From NCBI GenBank assembly GCA_030867685.1, contig JAQOWU010000007.1, forward strand, positions 620,001 to 684,000: DNA of 64,000 nt, written 5' to 3'. This DNA comes from Wickerhamiella versatilis (lineage: Eukaryota). This document shows, piece by piece, positions 10,937 through 22,032 of the stretch. The first letter of the stretch is position 1; each line of letters opens with the position of its first letter. A program made the position numbers and the translations under genes. Below the pieces are notes generated by a model, which saw only the letters and a program-made list of their open reading frames with translations, searched no databases and had not been told where the DNA came from.

Positions 10937-11530
10937 ATGTTCCGTCTGAGTTCACGTTTTTTCTCCTCCTCGGGAATCAGGCTAGCGAATTTTGATCCTA
11001 AGGCCATGCGGGCCCAGATGGATAAAACGCTGCAGTTATTCAGCTCGAGGATAAAAGATATCAAAAGTGGGTCCACATCGGCAAACCGATTTTCCGGGCT
11101 GGAACTCGAGCTCGACCACGGTAAGAGCCAGGTTCTAAAAAACATTGCTACTGTGGCACAGCGAGGCAATAAAGTCTCTATTGTCGCTTTTGATCCGCGT
11201 CATGTGAAGTACATACAAACTGCCATTGTAGGGCAGCTGGGATTACCAGCAGAGCCCTCGCCGAAAGACCACCAGTCTTTAAATGTTATTATTCCACCGG
11301 CAACCACGGATAAAAAGGCAGAGACACACCGTCTAATCAAGGATGCGTACGAGCAGTTGCGGCACTCGAGCCACCGACAGTCGCTGGCAACCATTCGCCA
11401 TAAGTATATCAGCCCACTGAAGAAGCAGAAGGGAACGTCACAGAGTGAGCAAAAGAAGGACATTGCCGAAGTCGAAAATACAACCAAAATTTACAACCAA
11501 AAACTAGAGGATATATTCAAACGAGCATAA
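10937..11530 (+). CDS. RRF1: Mitochondrial ribosome recycling factor
   Basis: Basic presequence, LKNIATV, L.V.IPPAT and SLATIR, with an RRF-like helical layout. Confidence 0.75.
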   Translation: MFRLSSRFFSSSGIRLANFDPKAMRAQMDKTLQLFSSRIKDIKSGSTSANRFSGLELELDHGKSQVLKNIATVAQRGNKVSIVAFDPRHVKYIQTAIVGQLGLPAEPSPKDHQSLNVIIPPATTDKKAETHRLIKDAYEQLRHSSHRQSLATIRHKYISPLKKQKGTSQSEQKKDIAEVENTTKIYNQKLEDIFKRA

Positions 11531-11600
11531 TTTTACTTGACGTAGTTTCACCTCAGTGGATATATAGTCACATTAGTAATAGTACATTTCTAACCGAGGT

Positions 11601-11990
11601 ATGGATGAAGACAACAAGTTTGATACAGACGATGAGAAAGTGATAAAGCTGAATGAAAAAATAATTGATGAATATAAGAATGCAGACAAGGACTCACTCC
11701 AAGGATACCGTTTATTGTTTCTCGAACAGCTTGGCAGAATCAGGAAGGAAACTGGGCATAATAAGGAACAACGACGACTAGCCCAAACTGGCAGATTCGA
11801 CTTAGTTCCTGAGGATAGACATAATCTCCCACGGTATTCTGAAAAGCTCTACGAGGCAACTAATAGTGATGATCTTTTTGTTGAGGAACGCGCTGAGGAT
11901 AGATCAGCAGTTGTATCAAGTGAGAGACCACCACCACCTACGGAGGCCACACTACCATGGGGTGGGGAAGCATTTTCTACAGCATACTAA
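11601..11990 (+). CDS. Hypothetical acidic protein
   Basis: ATG-initiated 129-aa ORF between RRF1 and MSC7. Family not recognised. Confidence 0.6.
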   Translation: MDEDNKFDTDDEKVIKLNEKIIDEYKNADKDSLQGYRLLFLEQLGRIRKETGHNKEQRRLAQTGRFDLVPEDRHNLPRYSEKLYEATNSDDLFVEERAEDRSAVVSSERPPPPTEATLPWGGEAFSTAY

Positions 11991-12047
11991 CAACATTTAG
12001 CCATAATAGCGTGAGCAGCATATACATCATTAAACCTTATATTATTT

Positions 12048-13811
12048 CTATGCACCAACCATTTTACGAAGACCCTTGAAACGTGTCCACTTCGACGTCC
12101 CGTAACCGACCTCATTAAGGGCACGAACTGTACTCCACGCTTTGGACGAGGACGGGATTGGATAGTCAAGTTGGCGGGGGATAAAGGTATGGATGAACGG
12201 GTACTTGTCGTAGCACACAGATTTCTCAATGCAGAGTCCACGAAGTCCTTCCACTCCACCAAATTTACCATAACCAGAGCCATCCACGCCACCGAACGGC
12301 AGTTGACAGAGGTGAAAGGTAGCAAAATCGTTGATAGCAACATTACCCACCCGCAATCGATCCGTTACATCGTTGATGGTCTTTGAAGAGGACCCAAATA
12401 CTGCGGCACCCAGGCCAAATTGACTCGAGTTGGCGATTCTCACAGCATCATTGGTGGATTCAGCACACATTAGGAGACATATTGGCCCAAAAACCTCCTC
12501 CTGAGCAATCCGCATACTGGGTGTCACCCCCACAAGTAGCGTCGGCTCAAAGTATATACCCAGTGGGTACTTGGGGTGCACGAACCTTCGCCCGCCTGCG
12601 AGCAGAGTTGCGCCCGAAGCTACTGCATCTTCCACTAGACGCTCAAGACGGTCGAGATGGTGCGGCGCGATCAACGCTCCGACATCGACATCTCCGAGCT
12701 CATCTAACGATGCACCAAGGCGCAGCTGCGGGATCCTCTCTCCTAGACTTTTGCACAGGAAGCTGTAGGACTGCGGAGTGGCGATCACCCTCTCCACACC
12801 AATGCAGTTCTGTCCTGCACTTTGGAATACCCCTCTCATCACGATGGACGAGATCTCTTTCAGCCGCTGGGGCGACAATGGGTCGAGAACGAGCAAAGGA
12901 TCCTTTCCTCCTAACTCCATTACCACGGGCGTAAGGGAGCGACTGGCCGCTTCTGCAACAGCATGCGCAACAGGACGCGAGCCAATGAAGGTAATATGCT
13001 TAAGGAGCGGATGCGAGGTTAAGTAGTCCGCGTCCTCAGGCCAGCAGCAAACAAGCTGGATGACATCGGGGTCAAATCCTTCAACCTCAAGCGCTCGCCG
13101 AGCCAAATGTGCAAAATATGTGCTTGACCACACAACCTGCTCACTACACTTTACAACCACCGCATTTCCAGTGAAAAGGGCTGCCGCGACGGGTCCCATC
13201 AGGTTATGAAGAGGATAATTCCATGACACCATGGCGCACACCACTCCAAGCGGTTCATAACGAATCTCAGCACCCTTATAAAACATGAGAGGATTACTGC
13301 TGGCAGACCTTCGAGACGTCTTTAATGCCTTCTCGCCGTTTCTACAGATCCATTGGATCTTCTCCAGTGTCACCATTATTTCTCCAAGGGAGGCATCAAC
13401 CATCGTCTTACCAGTGTCACGACAAGCCACTCGAGCAACTTCCTCCTGGTTGCTACCCAAGTAGCCAAGAAGAGTATATAGAACTCGACGGCGGTCAGCC
13501 AAACTCGAGGACCGCCATTTCTGCCACGATGTCTGAGCCTTCTGTAACTTCAAGTCAATATCAACAGAAGTATCCGCCTTGACAGTCCCCAGAAACTGTC
13601 CAGTTGCAGGACAAACGCACCGAATCAAATTGAGATTCCCGGGATCCCGCACGTCCATCACGCTGACGCGCTTTCCTTTCCAGTGCGGTTGAGCTGCCTC
13701 TGGAATAGGTAAACCGAAGGGAGTTCCTCGGTGGACACGATGGCGTCGATGCTGCAATAACCATATTACCACCACCACAAGTGACGCTACAGCAATCGCA
13801 GCCACATGCAT
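12048..13811 (-). CDS. MSC7: Aldehyde dehydrogenase, Msc7 family
   Basis: N-terminal TM segment, TGKTMVDASLGEI, SWNYP, ELGGKD, GQNCIG, EEVFGP and PFGG. First ATG is at 13811. Confidence 0.9.
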   Translation of the reverse strand: MHVAAIAVASLVVVVIWLLQHRRHRVHRGTPFGLPIPEAAQPHWKGKRVSVMDVRDPGNLNLIRCVCPATGQFLGTVKADTSVDIDLKLQKAQTSWQKWRSSSLADRRRVLYTLLGYLGSNQEEVARVACRDTGKTMVDASLGEIMVTLEKIQWICRNGEKALKTSRRSASSNPLMFYKGAEIRYEPLGVVCAMVSWNYPLHNLMGPVAAALFTGNAVVVKCSEQVVWSSTYFAHLARRALEVEGFDPDVIQLVCCWPEDADYLTSHPLLKHITFIGSRPVAHAVAEAASRSLTPVVMELGGKDPLLVLDPLSPQRLKEISSIVMRGVFQSAGQNCIGVERVIATPQSYSFLCKSLGERIPQLRLGASLDELGDVDVGALIAPHHLDRLERLVEDAVASGATLLAGGRRFVHPKYPLGIYFEPTLLVGVTPSMRIAQEEVFGPICLLMCAESTNDAVRIANSSQFGLGAAVFGSSSKTINDVTDRLRVGNVAINDFATFHLCQLPFGGVDGSGYGKFGGVEGLRGLCIEKSVCYDKYPFIHTFIPRQLDYPIPSSSKAWSTVRALNEVGYGTSKWTRFKGLRKMVGA

Positions 13812-14092
13812 CCTCACGTACGCTGGTGCCTTTTTCAGAGATTACGTAACCATGGTGTAGTTCGGTTTGTTGGTGGGTTCGAGCAGTAAATTACACAAGC
13901 ACGTTGAGTTCGTAATGGAGACGACAGCCTTTCATAATAATTGTACCTTTATCAAAGATTATTTTCAATAACGACTAGTAGCGACCTTATATCGATGTTA
14001 TGATTCAATGCTGAGCGCGAGATCACGAGCACGGGCGAGTTAGGACCTTATAATGCAATATCTCACTGCCCGAACATAGAAAACCACACATT

Positions 14093-14437
14093 TCATCTGC
14101 AATTCAAAATACGCTGAAGACGTGCGATCTCGTCAAGCTGCCATTGGCGTGCTGGCCTCTGATCTTGGTGTCGTTTCATGGTGGCTGCTTCATCCTCAAG
14201 GGTCTTCTCAGCATTGGTGCATAATTCCTTCAATTTCGAAATTCCTGCTTTCACCTGCTCAACGTGGTGATTGCGCTCCTCGGCCAATGGAGAATGGGCA
14301 GGGCGAAGTCGACGCACCTGGCGCAATTGCGTGACTTTGGCGAGCCGGGAGCTTTCACTCGCAAGTCCTGAGAGCCTCTGATTGATATGCGCGAGTTGTG
14401 TGGTATGTTGGGCTAATAATTTATCCAAAGCCTCCAT
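14093..14437 (-). CDS. Hypothetical coiled-coil protein
   Basis: ATG-initiated 114-aa helical ORF. Family not recognised. Confidence 0.55.
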   Translation of the reverse strand: MEALDKLLAQHTTQLAHINQRLSGLASESSRLAKVTQLRQVRRLRPAHSPLAEERNHHVEQVKAGISKLKELCTNAEKTLEDEAATMKRHQDQRPARQWQLDEIARLQRILNCR

Positions 14438-14587
14438 GCTAAGAAAAAAAGTGAGGGAAGAAACACTGCGCGACCCACTCAGGTCGCAACGAATATCTCA
14501 TTCATGCACCAAGAAGCAATCTGCCAAGGTCAAACCATACAGGCTATAACTGGACTCAATCATTAGTGGTGCATCATTTTGCGTTCC

Positions 14588-14635
14588 CACTCACACTCAC
14601 ACTCACACAGTAACTGTAACTATAACTATAACTAT
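14588..14635. repeat. Adjacent hexanucleotide microsatellites (CACTCA)n and (TAACTA)n
   Basis: cactcacactcacactcacac followed by taactgtaactataactataacta. Confidence 0.8.
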
Positions 14636-14761
14636 CTAAGCCGTGGCTGGCACCATTGTGCTTATAGCAACTGCAATATTATGGAAGAACACAATATAGT
14701 CGTCATTAATCTGTTGCAGTGGGAGTAGTTTCGCACTGCATACCCTTCCCTCGGATTGAAT

Positions 14762-15100
14762 TTACTTCGGTATTTCTGTAGTCGTGGCCTTCTCAACCAA
14801 GAACTTGATGACCTTGCTCTTGTTGCCCTCTGACTCCTTCTTGAGAGTCTCTATCTGGCCCTGAGCTTCGCTGCTAGCTTGGGCTTCCGCATCTTCCTCG
14901 GAGCGCTCATCACTCTGAATGCTGCTCTTGAACTCTTCTTCCTTCTTCTTCTTGTACTCGTCAACTTCCTTTTGGGCATCGACCTTGGAAGCCTTCACAC
15001 GCTGAGTACGGTAAGCTCTGGCCTCCTGAACAATCTCCTGTGCCTTGTGCTCAGCTTCAAGCAGCTTCTGAATACCGGCCGAATTAGATGCTGTCGACAT
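14762..15100 (-). CDS. VMA10: V-ATPase subunit G
   Basis: SAGIQKLLEAE..AQEIVQEARAYR and DAQKEVDEYKKKKEEEF. Confidence 0.93.
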   Translation of the reverse strand: MSTASNSAGIQKLLEAEHKAQEIVQEARAYRTQRVKASKVDAQKEVDEYKKKKEEEFKSSIQSDERSEEDAEAQASSEAQGQIETLKKESEGNKSKVIKFLVEKATTTEIPK

Positions 15101-15134
15101 TACAACAATCGAACTATTACGTCAGCGATGGTAA

Positions 15135-16106
15135 ATGGCTGCAAGAGCATGTGATCTCTGTGGGAATACTCAAGCACCCTACAAATGTCCGGCTTGTGGC
15201 ATAATATCATGTAGTTTGTCCTGTTCGAAAGCACATAAAGTCAAGAACAATTGTAGTGGTATACTTGATCCAGCAAGGCCTCTCTCGAGGGAGGAGCTTC
15301 TAACTCCAGTAAGCGTTGATCGAGATTACAACTGGCTGCAGCGTTTTGGGCGAGATATTCAGTTGGAAAAGCCTCAGTTTGAGCGTCGAGCTCGTGATCG
15401 CATGCAATCGGGTGTTCAAATCCGCTCAATGCCGCGGATGATGGAAAGAGCAAAAGCCAACAAATCACACTGGGATGCTGGAAAAAAAGAATACATATGG
15501 ACTTGTGAAGTCAATGGTGAGTTAACGCAGTTCTCTGAAAAAACAATGGTCGAAACAATCGGTGATCGCTTAAAACTTCGAGATGCCGCTGGCCGGCTAC
15601 ATCGACTTGATTCCGGTAAAACACTTGGAGATGCGCTAAGAGGTTTTACTGTGGTAGAGTTCCCAACCATAGTGACGAATGTCGATTCATCTTCCTCTGA
15701 TTCCAGTTCTGATTCCGATTCTGATTCCGATTCTGATTCCAGCTCTGATTCCAGTTCTGATTCCAGTTCTGATTACAACTCTGATTCTGATTCTAATTAT
15801 AATCCCGAGTTTAATTTGGTAGTGGCTGCTGATGCAGATGCCGGTAAGAGCGACATCTCCAATTCTAGATCTGAACAAAGAGTCCTAGCAGACCCAGGTT
15901 CAGGTTCTAAGTTAGATAATTCCGCATCTCCAGAATCTTCAAAGGAAAACACTGATTTACCTCCGAAAAGACGAAAATTAGACGAGACTTCCGAGGATGA
16001 TGATGCCCCGGAGGAAGAGTCGTCTAAGCCATTCAATCCTGATGATACAGAATCAAAGACCATAGATCCCACTTCAGACCACGCCGGAAATCATGAATGT
16101 ACATAG
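15135..16106 (+). CDS. BCD1: Box C/D snoRNP assembly factor (zf-HIT)
   Basis: CDLC...YKCPAC...CSLSCSKAHK....CSG, DYNWL and VEFPTI, followed by an acidic tail. Confidence 0.85.
   Translation: MAARACDLCGNTQAPYKCPACGIISCSLSCSKAHKVKNNCSGILDPARPLSREELLTPVSVDRDYNWLQRFGRDIQLEKPQFERRARDRMQSGVQIRSMPRMMERAKANKSHWDAGKKEYIWTCEVNGELTQFSEKTMVETIGDRLKLRDAAGRLHRLDSGKTLGDALRGFTVVEFPTIVTNVDSSSSDSSSDSDSDSDSDSSSDSSSDSSSDYNSDSDSNYNPEFNLVVAADADAGKSDISNSRSEQRVLADPGSGSKLDNSASPESSKENTDLPPKRRKLDETSEDDDAPEEESSKPFNPDDTESKTIDPTSDHAGNHECT
15685..15795 (+). repeat. Coding Ser-Asp repeat (TCTGATTCC-based) within BCD1
   Basis: Tandem tctgattcc(agt/gat) units encode SSSDSSSDSDSDSD. Confidence 0.9.
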
Positions 16107-16181
16107 TTATTGTAAGCAAGTATAATTAAGAATTATCGCCAGCCTCTGATTCTGGCAAAGATGGAAACTAGTAACACATTT

Positions 16182-17072
16182 CTATACGGTATCATTTGGA
16201 CGGTTTTCCCCAAAGGGAAAATTTGGAATAGACGGATGTTGGTTCTCAATGCTTTTATCGCACTCCACTGTTTCTAATACTGGGATTTGCGGTCTTTCAG
16301 ATGGCGCCTGTTCATCTGATTTATCTGAAATTTGCCAAGGGGGTAATCCTACGTACTCAGTAGAATTTCCATCATCACTTGCATTCCTAAAAGGTGGAAT
16401 AGGTTGGTGAGGGCAAGATGATGCTGCAAGAAGCATAGTGTCGACTATTACTTCCATCTTCTCGCGAGTCAACGAAGCTAGCTGCCCGAAGGTTTTTTTG
16501 TCACAAACTGAAGTCATTAAAAGCATACGTGTGCGGGTGCTGAGTGGGTCCTTCATTGGCAGCCGATCCTTCAGGAGCTGCCGTAAATCACGGACATTGC
16601 GAAGAACGGGGGCTACATTCAGTTTTTCAATCACGGAACGAAGTATGCACATTATTCTCCGGGCTAGACGGGGTCCAGCTCCTTCTGTCGACACCATTAC
16701 ATGTAACGGTTCCATATCTATCTGTGCACCAAAATAGAAATCACAATACTCCGGTATATCTGCGGCATTGATCATGATACCTTTTTCACGACATTGGCTT
16801 GCTATGAATATTGAGAGATCCCGATCTGGAGTAATGGCCGTCAATACAAAAAACCAGCGCCGGACCTCCAGATCTTGATTCTCAAACTTGCGCTGAACCC
16901 ACTCAATATCTCCATTCTGTGCCCTGCTTTGCAAAGCGGGAGTCAATTCAGGGCTGACCACGGTAACCAGAGCATGAGCCGCTCGTAGTTTTTTTACACG
17001 CGATTCTCCTACATTTCCACCTCCAATCAACAAGACGTGTTTGTCTTCCAGCTTGAAATTCAGTGGAAGCAT
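16182..17072 (-). CDS. MET8: Precorrin-2 dehydrogenase/sirohydrochlorin ferrochelatase
   Basis: VLLIGGGNVG, INAADIPEYCDFYF and VSTEGAGPRLA. Confidence 0.9.
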   Translation of the reverse strand: MLPLNFKLEDKHVLLIGGGNVGESRVKKLRAAHALVTVVSPELTPALQSRAQNGDIEWVQRKFENQDLEVRRWFFVLTAITPDRDLSIFIASQCREKGIMINAADIPEYCDFYFGAQIDMEPLHVMVSTEGAGPRLARRIMCILRSVIEKLNVAPVLRNVRDLRQLLKDRLPMKDPLSTRTRMLLMTSVCDKKTFGQLASLTREKMEVIVDTMLLAASSCPHQPIPPFRNASDDGNSTEYVGLPPWQISDKSDEQAPSERPQIPVLETVECDKSIENQHPSIPNFPFGENRPNDTV

Positions 17073-17202
17073 TCAGCGTAGGAGTAGAGTTTTACGTCAG
17101 ACATCTTAATCAACGGGCCTACCATTACTGCATAAAATATGATGTATCTCGTATATATGGAACTATTTAGCAGATTTTTTTCTCTCTCTCTCTAATAATT
17201 CT

Positions 17203-18342
17203 TTACATTTGATTGGCAGCAGTCTGAGAGGCTTGTGCAGCGCGGAACTGAGTAGCAATGGTCTGAAGTTCCTCCTTCATGAAAGCTTGCTGCATGGCTT
17301 TAAGCTCCTCAGGCGGCTTAGGTCCATTTGTTTGCACTACTTGCTGTACTCTTTGGGCCGATTTTATAGCAGCTGCCTTCATGACTTGCTGTAGCATTAG
17401 GCGCTGGGGATCAGGCGGCTGCTGCGGGTTGCCTGGTGGTCCTGGTGTAGCTCCCGGGGGCATTCCTACGCCAAACGGCATTTGCATAGGCTTTGCCTGA
17501 CCACCGGGTTGCTCGCCAGCAGGTCGTTGGGCTCCTGCACCAGCCAACATCTGGTCCAACGGGAGGTTAAGCTTTTCCTGCTCTGCCGCTGATGGCTCAG
17601 GGGCATGCCGCTTTTTCAATTTGGGCTTCTTGGGAAGCGTACGCTGTCCCTGCCATGCCCAGAGAGGTTTGAAACTTTCGATAACTCCCAGATCTGCATA
17701 GAGATTCGGGAAGAGCCATATGCCAGGCTTCACCGTGAAGTACGTGATCAGGAACAAGGCCAATCTTATGACAGAGACAACTAGGAGGAACGCCAAAAAC
17801 CCAAGGGCTGCGACAGAAACATACCAAGACAACCGCCGCATCCGCATTGGCCACAGTGGGAAAAGACAAATGGCTAAAACAAGAGCCAGAATGCCAACCC
17901 CCATGAGGTACGTGGTGATTGGCACAGGATTGTAGAACCAAATGAAATACTCGTCATCACCGAAGGTTTGTTGTGGGTTGATAACAACACATGGCACGCC
18001 GCTTTGAGGCTTCATTCCAGATGATAACGCCTTCTGTGTTTCAAGCTTCTTCACATTAAAAGCCATGCGCTGGTGGGGAAGCTGTTCAAGAATCGACCTG
18101 GCCTGCTGTGGAGTCTTTACTTCCGGTAGAAACTGATTTTTTTGCCTGGCCTTTTCATATTCGGGGGCTAGTAGAGCGCGAACAGCTCGCTTCATCCGAA
18201 AGAAATCTTGCCGTTGACCGTTGAGAAGGGCCGGTCGCGCCTTCACAATGGGACTATTGCGCAAGTATTTCGATACTGCCACTATTCTGGCATCGGCAGT
18301 GCGCAAATCTGGTGGCGCGATGGATATTTGCACCGAAGACAT
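17203..18342 (-). CDS. SEC62: Translocation protein Sec62
   Basis: DFFRMKRAVRAL, QQTF..DEYF.WFY, two TM segments with LFPLWP, and PGIWLFPNLYAD.G..ESF.P. Confidence 0.92.
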   Translation of the reverse strand: MSSVQISIAPPDLRTADARIVAVSKYLRNSPIVKARPALLNGQRQDFFRMKRAVRALLAPEYEKARQKNQFLPEVKTPQQARSILEQLPHQRMAFNVKKLETQKALSSGMKPQSGVPCVVINPQQTFGDDEYFIWFYNPVPITTYLMGVGILALVLAICLFPLWPMRMRRLSWYVSVAALGFLAFLLVVSVIRLALFLITYFTVKPGIWLFPNLYADLGVIESFKPLWAWQGQRTLPKKPKLKKRHAPEPSAAEQEKLNLPLDQMLAGAGAQRPAGEQPGGQAKPMQMPFGVGMPPGATPGPPGNPQQPPDPQRLMLQQVMKAAAIKSAQRVQQVVQTNGPKPPEELKAMQQAFMKEELQTIATQFRAAQASQTAANQM

Positions 18343-18546
18343 GCCAAACAACACCTACTCCAAGAACTGGACTGAGTAAGCGTTACGTGTGCGCTTGGGG
18401 TCAGATCAGTTGACGCGATTTTTTCTGGCCCTAACAACAATAATTAGCTTAATGTGGCAGATTACAAGTTATACGAATATTTTTTTCTTCCTACATAATA
18501 TAGAAACGATAGACGCACATAATTAGCCTATAATGCGATACATAAT

Positions 18547-20010
18547 TTAAGCAGATGGCGTGCCCATGAAAGAGGGAACTTGCGATGGCTGCTGCCCCGC
18601 ACGGTAAATGGGCTGCCCATTGGATTCTAGAGGATCCTGGTCCTTACGCTCAGCGTGTGCCTTCTTCCAAACCTCGACTTCGCAACCACCACGTACCACG
18701 GCAACACGCATGTTAGCCAGCAGGTTATGTGCTGCATTGTGATGGTTGTAAACACCACCGTTGAATACAGCAGTAGCATCACGGCCCACACCGCTCTTGA
18801 TAAGAGCACGGCCACCAGGATGACGATCGACAAAGTCGGTCACGTCGTGAACAATGCCCGAGATAACAATGAGGTCACGATTCTTGGCCTCGGCCTTGAA
18901 GTCGTCGAACTCAATGACTGGCAACTGGTCGATCGGAACACCCCAGTTAAGACGCTGGCGCCATCTGTCCAACTTCTTCTGCTTCTGCTGGACAATACCC
19001 TGCTCGATAGCATTCTGACTGAAGCGCTGCAAGTTATAAGCAAATCCCAGCTGGTAGCAAACCCAGATGAATACCTTGGTGGGGTCAAACTGGTACCACT
19101 TGAGTGCGTTACGGTAGTCACTGGGGAACTCATGGTGGAAGTTATGGTAACCTTCACCCAACGTGACGAACGCAGTGAGTACATGGTCACGAGGGGTGTT
19201 ACGGTCGTCAAAAGGCTGCTCGCCAATCCAGTGAGCAAGCGAGTTCACACAGAAGGTGGCCTGGTGGACCCAGAACAGGCGAAGAATTCCTGCGTAGATC
19301 AGCCCACCCTTGTAATCACCCCAGCCGAGGCCGGCAATCATCATAGGCAGGAGATACGCAGTGGTAATTAGGAACCAGAGGTAGTGTTTGTGCTGGAAAG
19401 TGACCAGGGGGTCCGTCAACAGGTCAGAAATATCAGTGCGGCCCTTAAGTTTCGGGTTTTGCACGAAAATCATCCAGCCAAGATGAGAATGCCAGAAACC
19501 TCTCTTCGCATTATAGGGATCCTTATCGGTGTCAGTGAACCTGTGGTGGGTACGATGGCCATTAGACCACCACTTAACAGAGCCTTGGACCGCCGCAGAA
19601 CCCCACAGCATCAAAAACAGACGAAGTGCAGGGGTTCCGTCATAGGCACGGTGGGCAAACAGTCTATGGTATCCCGCAGTAATGCCAAGTGCCGACATTA
19701 CATACCAGAACACAGCGAGTGCAAGTGTTTTCTTCTGGAGTGGCACAACGGCCTGAGAGAGCGATGCAACAAACGGAATAAGAAGCACGAGTGTTGTATT
19801 CAGCCATTGAATCTTCTGGAAGAAGTTCCCGATACTCAAGGGCTGCTCTGAGATGTGCTTCTGGCGGCCCGTCAGACGCTGCTTTGCGCTCCCATTGGTC
19901 TCTTCCGCTGAGACGACATCACGGCCATCCCGGCGGTTGATCTTGTACTGCTCTCGGACATTGCTGCCCGTGGCAATGCTCTCAATCTCACTAGCGCTGA
20001 GTTTCTCCAT
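18547..20010 (-). CDS. OLE1: Delta-9 acyl-CoA desaturase with fused cytochrome b5
   Basis: His boxes GYHRLFAH, HRTHHRFTDT and GEGYHNFHH, plus HPGG. Confidence 0.97.
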   Translation of the reverse strand: MEKLSASEIESIATGSNVREQYKINRRDGRDVVSAEETNGSAKQRLTGRQKHISEQPLSIGNFFQKIQWLNTTLVLLIPFVASLSQAVVPLQKKTLALAVFWYVMSALGITAGYHRLFAHRAYDGTPALRLFLMLWGSAAVQGSVKWWSNGHRTHHRFTDTDKDPYNAKRGFWHSHLGWMIFVQNPKLKGRTDISDLLTDPLVTFQHKHYLWFLITTAYLLPMMIAGLGWGDYKGGLIYAGILRLFWVHQATFCVNSLAHWIGEQPFDDRNTPRDHVLTAFVTLGEGYHNFHHEFPSDYRNALKWYQFDPTKVFIWVCYQLGFAYNLQRFSQNAIEQGIVQQKQKKLDRWRQRLNWGVPIDQLPVIEFDDFKAEAKNRDLIVISGIVHDVTDFVDRHPGGRALIKSGVGRDATAVFNGGVYNHHNAAHNLLANMRVAVVRGGCEVEVWKKAHAERKDQDPLESNGQPIYRAGQQPSQVPSFMGTPSA

Positions 20011-20285
20011 GAGAGCTGCTTAGCAGTGGCGAGTGACAAACGAGATTTTCATATAGTCATTAAGTAAGTAATACACTTGGGGGCGGCGACCCAACAGGGT
20101 TAGGGTATGCCGCTTTGTGCGATCTAAATGTTCACCTATTTTCTTTCCCAAAAAGAAACAATTAATGAGGGAAGATTTCGATAGGCCGAAAAAAATAATA
20201 GTCGGCCGAATGCACTTGCAATCACTACCTACATAGGGTTAGGTTTACAGGGGATTAGTGAATTTTTTTCTTGAGTTCTTATCAG

Positions 20286-21152
20286 ATGATACGCCAGGCG
20301 TTGGTGCAAAGAGTGAATGCATCAGCCTTGCCATTTGAGGATCCGGATACTAAGAATATCCTGAATTATTTGGACTGTGATAATGCGCCAAAGTACTCGC
20401 AGCAGGTGCTTAAACGCCTGATAGTATTAACTGAGTCACAGGGTAAGGAAGTTGACGGTGAAATAATCGCGACGTATGCTATACTGATCGCATCGCATGG
20501 TGGCAACGCGATTGAGGATGGGCCTGTCGTGTATGATCTGGGACAATTCAAGCTAAGCATCGAGGAAGACCATGATGTGCTCCTTCGTGCTGGTAGTACG
20601 GGTTATCGCACATGGGAAGCCTCGCTGGGGGCCGCTGATTACTTTCTTAATAACGGTCTAGACTATCTGGCAACTCGGAGATCTGTTGTAGAGCTAGGTT
20701 CGGGAACTGGGCTGGTGGGATTGATACTTGCTAAGTTGGGATTCGACATTACCCTGACCGATGGCGACCCTTCCATCATTGGAAGACTGGAGAAAACTGT
20801 GGAAAGTAATCAGATAACAAATGCAAGATGCCAATTATTGGATTTCTATTGCCCACCAGAGGATTTAAAGCCCGATCTTGTCGTTGCATCTGATGTTCTC
20901 TACGACCCCTCTCTTTTCTCTGGAGTGCTGGGCTGCATGAAAGCCCTCGGGGCCCCTACAATTATATCAACTACTCTTCGTAACACAGACTCCTATAACG
21001 AATTTCTGTCTATGGTTAGTGATTCTTTTGAGATTGAGAAATTGGCAACCTACGACCCTTGCACAAGCTCAAAATATTTCTGGTTCCCGCCTGGACCTCC
21101 CATTGAGGTTGCCATGTTTAGGCCACGGAACAATACAATGCCAAAGCGTTAG
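20286..21152 (+). CDS. EFM3: Protein-lysine methyltransferase, EEF2KMT/Efm3-like
   Basis: GSTGYRTWEASL, VVELGSGTG, TDGD and ASDVLYDP. Start placed at the first ATG. Confidence 0.75.
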   Translation: MIRQALVQRVNASALPFEDPDTKNILNYLDCDNAPKYSQQVLKRLIVLTESQGKEVDGEIIATYAILIASHGGNAIEDGPVVYDLGQFKLSIEEDHDVLLRAGSTGYRTWEASLGAADYFLNNGLDYLATRRSVVELGSGTGLVGLILAKLGFDITLTDGDPSIIGRLEKTVESNQITNARCQLLDFYCPPEDLKPDLVVASDVLYDPSLFSGVLGCMKALGAPTIISTTLRNTDSYNEFLSMVSDSFEIEKLATYDPCTSSKYFWFPPGPPIEVAMFRPRNNTMPKR

Positions 21153-21237
21153 CCAGAACCAGATATTTTGTGGGAAAGGCAAGGAAAAAAAATTATTTAG
21201 GCATAATTAGCATGTTCGTGATGATTTATGAATAAAA

Positions 21238-22032
21238 TCAGCCTCGAGAAACTTCTACCATGGATGGTTGGGGCTGCTGGGGACGCTGCCAGTTGCGGAT
21301 ATACGTGCGCTGTTTGGGGCGGAGCACGTTTACATTTACAAGGAATAGGCCCACTTCGACGAATAACAGGAATTTTCTGGTACACAAAAAGGCTGGGTCG
21401 TCTTTCCAGGTTTGCCAATAACATAGCACGTATAAATGGAGCACGGAAAAAACCACAATTAAGCCATATGCGGCCTGTACGGAGGTCCAACTGGCAAATA
21501 CTAGCAACGTTTCGCACAAAAGCTTTTGAAGATATGGACTAAAAGATTGAGCCACGGCCACAAACACCTGCTTGACAACGTCTGGGGTTGAGGAAAGATC
21601 GAGGTCCGTCAATGCCAGTTTGTCGTAGAGTAGACGGGACAGAGGCTTCTTAACTGTCTCGTATGAGCGTAGTACAGCATCATAAACATCTGCTTGACCG
21701 ACTATTTTGTCTGGATGCAACTGCGGTGCGAGCATGTGGTAAGTCCGGCCAATGTCTTTTTGCGAGGCCGTGGCACTTATTCCCAGAACATCATAAGCAC
21801 CCCGTCCATTCAACAGTGGGTTCTCGGAGTATATATGCCTGCTGGAGCGCACAGCGACGATTATGGTGGATAAGACAACCGAAATACGGAACCACCAGCC
21901 CTGACGTAGTCTGGCAAACGTTCTGGATATGAGAAGGGCCAGAGCCATTTCTATGCATCCAACCTTAAATAGCACATAGATAGTTGCCAAATTGACTGCT
22001 GTAACAGCCATCGTGGCTAGCCCACCTGGCAT
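21238..22032 (-). CDS. Membrane-anchored DnaJ-domain protein
   Basis: YDVLGI...LHPDK...YD J-domain flanked by hydrophobic segments. Confidence 0.8.
   Translation of the reverse strand: MPGGLATMAVTAVNLATIYVLFKVGCIEMALALLISRTFARLRQGWWFRISVVLSTIIVAVRSSRHIYSENPLLNGRGAYDVLGISATASQKDIGRTYHMLAPQLHPDKIVGQADVYDAVLRSYETVKKPLSRLLYDKLALTDLDLSSTPDVVKQVFVAVAQSFSPYLQKLLCETLLVFASWTSVQAAYGLIVVFSVLHLYVLCYWQTWKDDPAFLCTRKFLLFVEVGLFLVNVNVLRPKQRTYIRNWQRPQQPQPSMVEVSRG

Noticed and set aside
13851-13890. tRNA-like A-box (TGGTGTAGTTCGG) and B-box (GGTTCGAGC)
   Set aside because: The boxes are only about 10 nt apart, with no anticodon arm or acceptor stem, so it cannot fold as a tRNA.
18655-19851. Long antisense ORFs (238 and 155 aa) opposite OLE1
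   Set aside because: Expected shadow of strong codon bias in a highly expressed gene; no recognisable motifs.
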